Below are positions 23,944-37,100 of a stretch of DNA of 64,000 nucleotides, in pieces (position 1 is the stretch's first letter; the number at the start of each line of letters is the position of its first letter). Position numbers and translations under genes: made by a program. The DNA comes from Eutreptiella sp. 'Long Island Sound 2002' (taxonomy: Eukaryota > Protista > Euglenida). The stretch spans positions 197,904,001 through 197,968,000 of the forward strand of contig OZ038378.1 in assembly GCA_964036045.1 (NCBI GenBank), written 5' to 3'. A model generated the notes under the pieces. The model was not told the origin of the DNA, searched no databases, and saw nothing but the letters and a program-made list of their open reading frames with translations.

Positions 23944-24574
23944 TCACCAGGACGTGCATGTGTGGAGCGCTTTGTGACCTGCGTGCGGCCCCAACGCCCA
24001 TCGTTGATTCATTCCACGACCCCACATGACTCTCAACCAGCACCCCCCAATTTGCTGGTTTTACCCCCCCTCCCCCTTGCTGCAGCTTGATGGAGCGGGT
24101 CTCCATGCAAGCGGCTCAGTGCAGCTCTGCAAGTGTTTCCCACCAGCAAGTCATTTCACAGCATGTCCCCAATCATACCTGATGCATGCCAGTGCTGACG
24201 CTGTCAACCACAACGTTGTGGCCCCTTCAGGAGGCACGGGAAGATTCCTGGTTCTGGCATTGGCCCAGAAAATACCAGATGGGAAAACACCATCACAGGA
24301 GATATCAGCGAAAGGAGACGTGCGACGGCAGCTCGGCCCCCTTTTCATGCACAGGTCGCCTCGGAAGTGCAGGCTGTCAACGTTCTAAGATCCATCACAG
24401 CTTCTTTGAAGTCCCTGATGATGGATCTTTGCCTTTTCCTTTGTGGCCCCTGCCCCCTGCCCCCTTGCCTTCCTCCACAGTGTACACTATATGGGCCCCA
24501 TGTCCATGAACCACCCGCTGGTCATACGGCAAAATATTGCTGGTTCCTGGGCACAGCGCGCTAAGTCCATTTCA

Positions 24575-24770
24575 AAATCTGTTATTTAGGGCCAAAATTA
24601 GCTTTTTTTTGCCCAAAACCACCCTACAACGCGATGAAAACGGCCAAATGAAGGAAAATAGTGGCTCCTCTACACATGCAGCTAGACTTCCCCGTGCCAC
24701 AGGGCCCTCAAGGGCCCTCTAACTCCACAATATGTCCGCGAAGCACCCCCAAAAGGCCCCCAAAAGTCCC
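24575..24770 (+). repeat. Diverged relative of the internal segment of the 57-61.5 kb array unit
   Basis: atgcagctagacttccccgtg...ggccctctaactcca...atatgtcc aligns by eye with ~57332-57525. Confidence 0.75.
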
Positions 24771-27042
24771 CCCCCCCCCCCCCCGAAGCCACCCATCGTT
24801 TGGCTTGGTGGCTTGTGGGAGTCGTAGTCAACATGGCGTATCTGCTTTTCCAGGACTACCCCTGGCTCCTGCTGAAAAGGGAAGTGTCGTGCATCCCAAA
24901 TGACGGAGCTGCGGGGCCTGTACCACCAACGGGAAGCAGCCTGGACCATTCGCCCCTGGCGCCCCGGCTGCTTGTGTATGACCCGTTTTATACAGAGGCA
25001 TGGCCGTTGCAGGCTCATGCGAGGGCCGCGTGCACGCGCCGCGGGCACAAGCCCGTGCCACAGGTCGCAGCATGAAACCCACCACTCTTGTGAGTTGCAC
25101 AAAGGTGTGCACGCGTTGGCGTCGCCGGGGGGAAGCGCGCACTGCGCTCCTGCATTGTGCAGGGCCGTGCATTATCTGTGCACTGGAGCACACTGCCTTC
25201 TCTCTCTACTTCACTCGGACTCCGGGGTGGTCCTTCACGACCGCAACAGCCGGTTTTGTGTGCACGTTCAGGGTGCGGCGGACTTGCCAGTGCGGTGTGA
25301 ACGATATGACGGGCGTGTGAGCACCGGCGGTTGCTGCCTCAGCCGACGGTGGCCGACGCGTAATCGATGGTGGTTGGTGTGCTTGCGCCACATTTTCTGG
25401 GGACTCTCTTGCGGTCACCGTCCCCCCCCCCTCCCCCCTCCCCCTTTTCTGTCCGGAACCGCACAAACGGTGCACTGCTTGTGTTCCGGCTCTTCCTCTT
25501 TCGCTGCTCATGTGCGCCTCGCATCTGCGTGCGACGGATTCATTTGGCGTGCCACAGGGGCGTCTGCTTTATATTCTTCAGCAAGCATCGCACAGGCCCA
25601 CGGCTGTCTTCTGTTTTTGAAAACGAGGGGCGGCGCCTCCGAGGTGCATTCGCTGCCTCAGCATTGAAGTGAGTGAACGTTCATTTTTTTTTTGGATGAA
25701 TTCCTTCGTCCTGGAGTATGTTACTAATCTCTTTGCCAGGGGTTTCGGCTTGGGTACCCGGGGTTGCTCTGGGATTTTGTTATTTCGGGGCCTTGCATTC
25801 TGATCGGTGTTGTTGTCGTCATCTGGAAGTAACAACAAGCAGCCACGGTGCACCATTTTTAGGGGTCCCAAGGAATGACCTTTTCCCCATTGTTTGTTCC
25901 AACATGTCACGCGGTGTGCGCGGGGTGCAGGTAATCCCCCCAAAGTCCCGGGCTCGTGTGTGAACAGGCTCCGGGCTGTTGGGGGACCAGTGACCTACTC
26001 AGCCAGAGAAGTCATCCCCTTAAGCAAGCACGGCTTTGTCCGCTGTGCTGCTTGTGCGCTTGTGGTACCGAGATGGATGCCGGAGAGCTTCGGGAGCGTG
26101 ACAACCATCGTCAGTTTGTTGCCAAGCTCGGCATCCCGTAGCAGGTGGTCGCTCCATTGGTTTGCACACCAGGGTGTGGCATGCTGCATTGTATGCACCC
26201 TAGTGGCAATGTCGGTGCTCGTGCACACAGGGGGATGACGCAATGTAATGCAAGTGGCAACCTGTGGCTCGCTGCGAAGTTGTCATTCCCCTGAAGATGC
26301 TCTCCTGCCCATCGTCTCAGCAACACCATTTTCAAAGCTGCGGCACAGTTACCACAGAGAATGTGCTGCTGGCTCAGAAATGCCCCTCTTGTGCAGTCAG
26401 GTGTGTGTATGGGAAGGGGGGGGGGTGCACCATGTCAGTACAACACACACGCCATTAACAGGCCCTGCAATTGCACTGTGTCGAATGATGGTGCTTCATT
26501 TTCCCTGGAAAGGATCCTTTACGCCTGTCCTGCGAACCTCTATCCACATTGACGGAGTTCTACATCTGGTAGTAGTATACCAGTGTGTGTGTGGGTGTGT
26601 GTCTGGGGGGGTATAACCCCTTCACTGGTCCATGGAAGGGGGGATGATCACTGCTGTACATGTTGGAAAGGGAAATGAAGGGGCGAGGAGTCCAACAAGT
26701 AACCTAAGGGGGCACGTGGCACTGTGCACTGGGACTTATACATTTGTGCCCCTCCGGTCTTCGTGGGTAACCCTGCACCAATTGAATTGATTCATGACTG
26801 CCAGCGCCCCCCCCCCCCCATCCTTTTTCCATTTCCACACCGTGGCTTGCCTGTTTGTTGCTCTTACTGTTCGCCTGCCGTCAATGTTTGTCAGGTGTTT
26901 AGCGTACCATCCCGGCTGTGCATACTTAGGTTTTGCGCCATACTCCAGACCCCTATTGTGGTAATGGGGGCAATTTTTATGGTTGGAGAATATTGGGGAT
27001 TTCAAATATGACCCATTTTCACCTGTTTTTTGCTCGTTGTAG

Positions 27043-28050
27043 GTGGATGTTGACAAGAGACGTGATGGGGTCAATCACTGCAGTGCGTTGAATTACCTCA
27101 AGGAGGACAAACTTGGCAAGGATGCAACTTATTGGCGCTCCAAGCTCTATGTGCTGGAAGGTCTCCCCAACTAGAGATGCAAAAACCATTTTCCATACCC
27201 CAATCCCCATGAGCCAGCTTTCGATGCTCGTCCAATGAGGATGAAAATGACAGTCAAACCTCATAATTCAAGTGGGCCACAACAGACCACAAGGGAGCCC
27301 AAGGGAGTTCCAGATGCGGTGCGCGCATGGTGCAAATACTGGAGTTGTTGCATGAACCAGCTCATGAAGCAGCTCCGTTAATTTAGAGGGTATTACATGC
27401 AGTTGGTATGGCAAAAGGCCGCAGATTTTCAAGGTGTTCATCACCCACAGGCACCAGCACAAACATGCAGACACCACCAACAATTTCCAGCAAACATCCA
27501 GTCACCACATGTGATAGTCACACCACTGCCAGGCCATGAAAGAGACGTTGCTGTGTAGGACATAAGCAAAAGGTTGTCTACAAATGCACCACAGCCTTTG
27601 AGGGAGTATCCACACCGTGCGCGCACCACTCAGGGTAGTTGAACAATTACCCCAGCACCAAGGACCATATTGGAAGGTCCTGCAAAGGTTGTAGGGTGTA
27701 GCCTGGTTACTTCCTGGATGCTTCCTACTACTTCCTGGATGGTCCATGGTAATACTTGGTGCCTTCTGGATGCTTTGGGGTACTCCCTCGTGCCTTCTGC
27801 ATGCATACCTGGCGGTGCTCAGATCTTTGCTGGTAATTGGTGGTGTCTGGACGTTTGCAGGTGTTTCCTGGTACACACGCTCTAGTGGTCCCCAAGTTCA
27901 TGCGGCATCTGAATGTGGGCAGTTGGGCAAGAGATGCTGGAATCAATGTTGGGGCATTGTACCATTTGGGAACGCATAATTCCATGGAGATCGACGAAGG
28001 TCCACCAAAAACATTGTATTTACCCAAATTCCCCGAATTTTGTCCTCGAC
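27043..28050 (+). pseudogene. Exon-like fragments of a possible spliced tyrosine recombinase (Crypton-like relic)
   Basis: ttgtag|VDVDKRRDGVNHCSALNYLKE (from 27043) and ttgcag|VFPGTHALVVPKFMRHLNVGSWARDAGINVGALYHLGTHNSMEIDEGPPKTLY (from 27858). The latter resembles integrase box II (HxxRH..SW..AG..LGH..Y). Confidence 0.35.
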
Positions 28051-30455
28051 GGTGTGTGTTGCGTGCGTCATGCGCATGCCATGCACACATTTACCCTAAC
28101 TATCTTTGGTTCCTGGTTCCCGCACTACTTGTGGTCCGAAGCTCGATGCAATTTCTGCATTGGAGCAAAAGGATTGTTCACACCCACCCTAACATATCTT
28201 CTTGGCCTTCTCAACGTTGTGATAAAAGGGAAGATCCTGATTCCAAGTTTGCCACATAACAACAAAATAGCCAACATGCCGAGTCCTTAGTGGATTTTTC
28301 CAGGCCTCTTCAGCAAGTTCCTACAGTTGACTTTATCTTTCTCTGGGTGACAGCATGTTCAGACATTTGCACTCACATGTTTCCTTCCCTGCACAACCTC
28401 ACGTTTTCCCCTACACAATCGCCCCCCCCCCCCCCTCCTTTGTCCAAGCTATGGTCTTGTCCAAGCTACACCGGGTGTAGGGACCGTATTTATTTGGGAC
28501 CTAATTGAATTCGGTACCAATTTGCTGCAACCACGAAAGACAAGGGTGAGGGGTTAAAATGTCACGTTTGTGGGCTGAGGGATGTTTGAGCTGTTCTTGT
28601 TTGCCCAATGCTGCCTACAAAGGTTCATTTGAAGGGCCCTGGGCATTATCCTGACCCTTTGTTTGCACCAGCGCAACAGTTCCCATTTCCATGTGCTGTT
28701 TGCAAGCTACAGCCTTGTCTAAGCTACAGTAGGCGTAGAGACTGTATTAATTTGGGTTTTTTCTGTAGCTTGGGCAGCAGGAAGGGGGGGGGGGGCAAAA
28801 ATGTGCCCTGCAAACTGCCAGATCCTTTTCACCAGCCAGTATTGGGATGTCTCTGTATTGGTTGATATTGAAAGGGACAGCACTGCTGCTGGCTTTGTGA
28901 CCATCAATGAGACCCACATTTTGGCAAGACAAGAGCTATTTGGTGCTTTTTCTCTTTCATCTTGCAGCAAACTATGATTATGATTTGTTTGCAGATGCAG
29001 TTCGCGTGTTGGATTGCCCATTTCCAAATGGAAGCTGTCTGTTCGTGGGAGTGAGGTTTGCCTCTATTTCTAATTTTTGATGATGTGCGAGTCACTGCAC
29101 CAATTCAATTGTGTCAGTCAGTGGACAAATGCAAAACAATTACAAGTCGCATGTATTTTATTGGGATATGTTGTATGGCCGTACAGTTGCAGTGAGGCAT
29201 CATCAATCACTCATATTTACTGACCTCAAGAGCTTGTTGCCAGTGTGTCCTTTGCATGAATTGTCAAATAGGCCCCTTTACATGCTTTAAAATTGTGTGC
29301 TTCTTGCTCTCTCTCAGTGTTTCGCAGTTTTGCAGTGTAGTACCAAATATTTGTGCTGATAACGTGACCCTGATAACTGGACCCGCCGCACAAAGAATAT
29401 GGGCTGGTGGTTTGTAGGGCCTTGACAAATGAATTGCGGATTTGATGGAGCGGTTTCTTAATACCCATGCACCATATTTTGAAGACGAAGCAATGATGGC
29501 CCACCACAATTCTCCCCCCAATTTTGGCACTGTCAGTTCCAATAAAGTCCTGACCTTCAATATGTATGAAATAAAGCTGTTTGTCTTCCCTAGATGTCGT
29601 GGCCGCAATTGAGGTGGTTATTTTGGTCGGCTATGACATCCCATCTTATTCGCCTCAATTTTGTGGGGCATTTTATTTCTTTGGTCAGCCTGAAATGGTT
29701 GTTCCTATTTTTCACTGTGGGAACAGTGGAATGAAATGTGTGTCTTGTCCAGGTGCTGCCGCGGTAAGTTGGTGCAATGCCATAAATGGAAACTAATGTT
29801 TTAGCAATAAACAATATATTAATCAAAGTAGAAGCAGAGTAGGACATTGTCTGTGCCGTGGGATGGAGGGGCCACAGCGACTACATGGCCACTCGTTATT
29901 GGATGATTTTTGCCGCCAGTTGATGAATCAATTATTTTTTGTGATTGTTTTGTTTACTGCGGTCGAAATTGGTTTGCGATGCCTAAGTAGAGGAGCAAGT
30001 AGAGGAGCAAGATAACTTTTGCACTGGATGAGGAAATGCCGGCTAGTATTGGCAGGAGTGGCAAAATAACACGGCTACCACTATTGTCGCTTTTTTCCTG
30101 CTTGATGAAAGGGGTGTTATGATGGTTCAGGTGTATGCATAACTCTTGGCCTGGGGGTGGGACATGGAAGGTGTTGATCTCTTGCTGAAGTGGGCAATCG
30201 CCAAACTTGAGGACCATGAGACTTTGTTTTACCTTGCCATGTTTGAGCGGGTTGCTGGCTTCATTTTGGACGTCTTTGACGGAGATTGGTGTTTTGCCAA
30301 CCGGAAACTAGATGACCGACAAGGCGACCTTCAATGCCAGATAGGTGAATGCGACTGCCACCTCAGCAGAGCTCAACGGGCCGTACGCGCCCCGTTTTCC
30401 CATGCAGCTGTGCCCGAATTCGGAGCGGGCTCTTTGCCCTTGATCTGGTAGCGGG

Positions 30456-31154
30456 GGGCTATTGGGGGAACGTTAGCGCACCGGGCGCGCGCCGGGCATC
30501 TTTTTGGACCCGTGCCCCTCTAGTGGCCTTTTAGGGGGTGCACTAAGGGGGCGCACTTAGTGCAGTGCAGCTATTTGGGCGCCTGGCTGTACTAGAGACG
30601 CACACTTTGAGATACTAGGGGCATCATGGTGACCCCTAGCGTAGGTTTTGACTTCTGATTTTGTCCCCTTTGCACCAGTCAGTCCGCATTTTGTTGCATT
30701 TCACACAGTTTTGCATCCGGAGGCAAGTCCGTCACCCCCCATACGGACCATGGGAGCATGTCCCGCCTCAGGTTTAGACTGACCAAAGCAACTCGGCCGC
30801 CACGCAAGATGAGGCAGAGGATGAGGCGGAAGTGTTTGTGTTGTGTTGCCAACGGCGCTCCACCGTCGCAGTTTGTGATGAGTGTAAAGAGCACTATTGT
30901 AATGAATGTATTGACACCCACACTTGTGGGACCAATGTTGTTTGTTAAGTACACTACAAATGATAGTTGGAGTGGTTGAATTCACAGGTCCTGCTTTATT
31001 TTGCAACGTGCTTTGTAGAGAAGGTGTGCAGTGCAATGTGGTCTACTTGGGGGGCTTCTCCATGGGAGGGTAAATCTGGGGCTGAAGTCGGGATAGTTAA
31101 TAGAAAAGTAGCGCGCCGGGCGCGCGCCGGGCAAACATTCCCCCATTGTTGCCC
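30456..31154. mobile_element. ~0.7-kb element with imperfect TIRs, carrying a Cys/His-rich coding fragment
   Basis: Left GGGCTATTGGGGGAACGTT versus right reverse complement GGGCAACAATGGGGGAATGTT; ccgggcgcgcgccggg near both ends. An internal frame reads CCQRRSTVAVCDECKEHYCNECIDTHTC (B-box-like). Confidence 0.5.
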
Positions 31155-34100
31155 TTCAAATTTTCGCAATGTAGGTCACCCTCAAAGTCGTCAAGGCTAG
31201 TTGGGTATTAGTGAAGAAGGTTTGGCGGCTGACTCACAGGCTGCTTTACCGATCTGCTGTTGTCCGTCACTTGCACAAGCTCAAGCATAAAGCCTTTACC
31301 ACCGCCCGCGATTTTGCTGCCACGCTTCCTACTTTTAGGTTTGACGATCATGGCCATGGGAGCATGTCTCGTAACAATGTACCATGGCTTACATGATATT
31401 CGGTGCCGTTGCTAGGCATTCTCTTTTGTCATTTGTGTGTCCAGTTGTTTGTTGTTGTCCGGATTTTGGAGAGAGGCGGTGCCACTATTTCTAAACGACA
31501 ATTTTTTGCGCCGAGGAAGTGGTATGGATACATTTGTGGAGTAAATTGCGTAAAATGCTTTGATTGGCTCTCCACCATGTCCTTGGAGGACGTAAGACAT
31601 TTTTTGTGAGTTGGAGGTCTCTATATCTTTCATTGCGTGAAATGGGGATCCACTCAATGGCTTCAAAGATATGCTGCAACTACCCCATCCAAGAACCACA
31701 CTGAAGATATCTATTAGCAAAGAAACATTAGCAGATGGCTTATGAACGTGTTGGTCGTGTGTTATAAAGTAATCAAGACCCACGAGCCGGGCAATTGCAG
31801 TTTTATTGAAGTGAAATGGCAAAATGTGAATACAGTCCGCATTTTTGCCGGGCTTTTGCAGATGGGGCCGGGAAAGCTTTGTCCAATCGGACATGCCCAC
31901 CGCCTCTAGCAATTTTTAACGAATGGTTCAACCATCGTTCTATCGGCGGCTATTGGATTCTCAAAGTTATCCCCTAGTCGAGCACATATTTGGAGTCGGT
32001 GACATTGATCAGCAAACTAGAAACCGTTGAAAAGCTTTGCATATCTTTCACAACATGCCACAATGTAAGAAATATATTGCGAAAGCCGCCTACCAACAAT
32101 GGATATGAGGTGTGCAAATCATGGGGTTTGTGAATCATTGCTACCATCTGGTGGTGAATGAGAACAGGGGCACCGACAATGGGTCTCCTTACCCAATATC
32201 CGTCTACAATGGTAGGCATACTGCTGTGATAATGTTGTGCCCTACCACAAAGCAATGCTAGCACCGCAACGGCCACCACATAGAGAGAACAATATTCACC
32301 AACGGAAATAATGAGATCGGAAATACATCAGTGCATGAGTGCCGTAACGCTTGAACATGTTTGCGTAATCATAATTCAACATCAATACATTTGACGAAGA
32401 GCAGCGGAGTAATATTAAATAAGCATAGTAGCAAAAAGCAAAGCGCCCTGCCGGAAGCACAAAAATCACGGAAACCACCATCATCCCGAATTGTTTCATC
32501 AAGCTGTGCAGACAAGCATGCATCCACAATTGCACACGGCCGGTTGCAATGGATGATTTCAGCCAAGATTTTGCGACAATTGCATGTGATACATGCGTGC
32601 TAGTTGTTTTCTTTTCAAAAGCCAAACACAATAATTGGGAAATAGCATGGATGAAGAATGGTTCTTATGGCGAAGCCCCGTAGTCAACAACAACCTGTTG
32701 ATGGCTAGCTGATGATAGTTCTTATTTCAACCTTGATAATCGCAACTGCAATAATTCTTCTGAACCTTGATAATCGCAACTGCAATAATTCTTCTGTCAC
32801 TAACGCATTGCGAATGGACCTTGTGTTGTTAATTAATACCTTGACAATGCGACACCTTGCTTTTGGCTTATTTGAACCTGTTTGATTTTGAAGCATCCTA
32901 TTCCAAAATCCGCAAATTTATTGGGGCGTGGAATTGTTAGCGACACCATATACACAATTTACCTATTCGTTAGCCCCCCTGCCTGACCTAATAAAAATGA
33001 GCAATCCTTGGCGATGGACCACCGGAGGCATGTTTCCACGAACCGAAGAAGAAAATTCCTTCAACCAATTGCCTGGGGGTACCTCGCCCTAAAGGCGACA
33101 TAATTCTCAGCACTGATGCTTGTGATGGGGGGGGGGGGGGCTATAGCAATGACAGGAGCTTAACCCTATTGAACTGTCTCACTGCCACCCGACCGAGAAT
33201 CAGTTAAGTCTCCCAAATCTACCAGACGAAGTATGTGGCCCCTACAATGTGATCTATCTGGTAAGCATGTCATTGTCAGCACCTTAGCTAGGCAATATTC
33301 TTGCTTGTTCCTGAATCCAGCCTATATTTGCGTAACAGTGCATTATCAATTCCTCAACACAGTTCCCACTTTGCATATTTTTCAATCTATATTCTAGCTG
33401 GAGCAGCCAAACTGCAAGCTATGACCTATGACCTATGTACCCTCCTCCAACGTTCCTATAGCTTGGGAGTGACGCTAATACCATACTGACTGTGGGAAAA
33501 TGGTCCCCTCCCGCTGTCATAATGAAATTTGGAAATGCTCCAGCTGGAAATGGTGTAGGAAATGTAATACACTGGGTTCCGGATATCCAAATCACACTGC
33601 TGCATTTCCAAGCATTTTGCTGAGGCTGTGTTGGCATACGGGTCTGCCATGACCTGTTTTTGGCGGTGCTGGTTGAGGGGGGGGAACTGGCGGGGGCCCC
33701 AGAACGACCCACAGCTCATTTCCTTCTGGTGGTGCCTGCATAGCACTCCTGTCGTTAGTGAAACTTTGCCTGCAGCAAGTATCATGCAGGTGATTGTGAC
33801 AGTTGCCTACCAGAGTGGATTCCCACCAGTGTTTCTGTTGCGTGTGTAAGGTTTCCAAGATGCAAAGTGGTTCAGGTTGAAGTCAAGCAAGCTCGTGGGG
33901 TGTGTGACTTTGGTGGTTTCCTTGGATTCACCACTGTCTTTTCAGAATCCCACCCAAGCAGGGCACAACAGGGAATGTTGCCATTTGCACAACCGAACGT
34001 CATGTCTGAAATGTACATACCCTTGAACGTTTGCAACCACCAACTTGCTGATTGCAAACCCGCGAATCTGTATGCAGACTGGCAAGCCCAAGACTTGCCG

Positions 34101-37100
34101 TGGTTCTGCAAAAACTGTTTAAATTTCGGTGGTTTTCTGAGAAGAACATCCACTGCGGGCTGCGAAGATGGAAAGACAAAACCTCGTTTCGCAGGTGATA
34201 TCTCCAAGCTTGCAACCCTGTCACGTGCTCCTACTGCTTGCATACTCCCTCACTTGCAGTTACCTTATGCCTTGTTGTTTGCGATTTTCACAACCTCGAA
34301 ATTCTTCTGCGTGTAGAACTCCTGAGCAACCGACGAAAGGCGAACTTGCTGCACAAACTTTAAAAGGCAAGTGTTCGGCAGCAGTGGAATATCGACTGGT
34401 AAACAACTCCGGCCACGGACGCAACGCGACGCTGTGTAACACACCCATAAGGCCATAGATGCCATTACGCTGATTGATCCAAAGAGAGCAAATTCAAAAA
34501 CCATTCCCGTCCCGAGATTGTTGAAGTTGGACCAACCCAACTTGCGAAGTAGCTGCGTGGAAAACAGGACAATAAAGGGGAGTGTCCTTTGCAAACGTGC
34601 TTGTCTCTTGATGCCGTGCCTCACGTGCTTCCCAGGGACACACCGATAAGTTTTGTGGCTTCTTGAAATCAATAAAGGCGGACTCATTACGGGCTGTGTC
34701 CTCCAGTGCACGTCGGGTGATTTTGAACAGGGTGCGTTGGGTGAACTTGAACATCGGACAACTTCCGGAAAAGAAGGCAAGGGGATCTGAACAATGCGGA
34801 TAAACTACAATCAGTCAGATAACCACAGGTAACAAAACTCCCACAGCGCAACTCCATCCAACCTATCCTAGCGAGATCATCGATCTCTGGTGACCACCTG
34901 GCCAGCAGTTGAAAGCAAGAGAAGGATGTTAACGCGTGGCAGGAATGACAGTGCCTAGCACCCGCCGCTCCTCACCCGCATATGTGCTATTTTGCAGATG
35001 AAGGAGCAAAGACCGTTGACAAGGACCTACGTGCACCCGAGATGTTGATTATTATTTGAAGTGATATTGGAAGCTCCATGGAGGCCGCAGAGCACGACAA
35101 GATGCAGCAGGTGAGCTCGGGGAACCGGAGACGGTTGAGGACTCTCCAGGAAGAGGTGACAAAGGGGGGAAGTGAGGAGGAGCGGCTTGCGGACTTGGGC
35201 GCTGCTTACAGCATCTACTTGTTTTCTTTGGGAAGTTTGGTGACCATCTTTCGGCCACGGAAGCTTGATTGCGCTTGGAGTTGATTCCTCCAATAGTTCT
35301 GCAGCGGTTATCATTGGTAAGGTGGTTGAAGTTGGGCCTGGCAGCCACCGTGTGCCGCGAGCGCAAACACCACCCGGATTTTTGCATAATCAGGAATCAA
35401 ATCTGCTTTGATTCGAAGATTTCATCGATTCACAACCTATCGTTCCAATACCTACACTATCTGTAACCTTTCTCCTGCTTTCTCCGTAATGCCATGGAGC
35501 GCGTTTGGTGTGGCCATGTTTTTTGCCCGAAGCGGCTCAAAGATGACCCAACGCGCACCGCACTTCCGCACTAGTGGCTGGCAAATCGTTCCCGTAGCAG
35601 ATGTTTGTACTACCATGGTTTATCATCATCAGGAGGGCTTTGCAGCAGTGCACGAGGTGGAAGCAGCAACGCTTGTCACCTGTGAAAAACTACGAACGGG
35701 GGTTACGGGGGGGTTGACAATAGTCGACTCCAAGGTTGGCGTACACGGTGGCGTAACTGATATTCTTTCCATACTGTTGCTTGCTGGAGATGTCCTTCAA
35801 GTTGTGCAAGCACACGGTATTGGCAGCATCACACCCTGTTAATTTTTGTCAAATGATCAGCGACTGGTTGTCAACTGGCGACTCGATTGGGCGAGGTGCA
35901 TAAGTACCGATCTATCTTGTAACTCCGGTAGGTGATCTCGACATCAGGTACTTGCAGTGTAACACAATGCATAGACGCATGGACGTTCACAGGCAGGAAA
36001 TTGTGTTTGCGTGCAAAGATTGCTCATTTCTGCTCGTGGTTGGATGGGCACAGCGTCGTTCGCCTTGCTGCCGAACCCTCTGCTGCAGAGTTTGCAAGAT
36101 GCGTGGTACACTGGGACTTTTCGGTGGGGGTGCCTTCGCTCCGGGACCGCACCCTCACTTGCCGCATACTGTACACCACAAGAATGTAAAGGGGTACCGC
36201 AAACTTGTCTGGCCGGCCATTTTTATGTCTTGGGGGCTGTTCTACATTGTGCACAGAGTTGATTACTACTGCACGGTATTTTGCTATCTTTGTGACGGAG
36301 TACCTCCCTAATTGTGTTATTCATCGCAGTAATAGCCTGTTTTGTTGAACGCCAGAGGTGTAGCCAGCAGGTTAAGGTTTTGCGAAGTCCTTGTTGCAAC
36401 TTGCAGTCTGGAAATGTCTTCGCTTGCTTCGCTTCCTTCGCATGTTTTCTCAGAGATTGGCGGTGCCCCCAATTAAACCATACTTTGGCCAAGAAAACTA
36501 TCGACATGTCCTCCTTGATGACCCCAATGTTCACGAAAAGAAAGCGGTTATGTATGCTGAGATTAAGGAAAGGGGCCTCTGGTGGTAAACGAAAATTGCA
36601 ATCAAGCGGGTTGGGCGGAAACCCGAAGGCCGAAACCATAAAGGAAAAGTAATGTCTGACCATGCACCCATCCCAAGGCGAATGGGCAAGCCAGGTGTGC
36701 GTATCATGTGCTGCGCTGCACAAGTCAAGGCGAAGGTTTATGTATTTAGAACACCCAAACGCGGATGACATGCAAGTGAAACGCAGGAGAAAAAGCCATG
36801 TCATACTGCCACATTTGTATTTTTGTTTTGTATTGTACCAGTGGACACATTTGGTGGGTAATTCTGGGCGAACTTTGGTGACGTGACACCCTGTTGTGTC
36901 TTCCCTGTCAATGCTTCTTTCCTGGGGAGCAGGGGAGGGAGTTTGAGGTGCGTGAGTGTTCTTATTCCCCTTGGTTCCCACCTGAAATCAGGCACCCCAC
37001 AATTGGCCTCAGGAAGCTCCATTGCTCCATTCAGGTGCACGGTTATCCAGCCACCTGGAACCCACCGACTGTGTGCCCCCCCCCCCCCCCACCCCCACCT

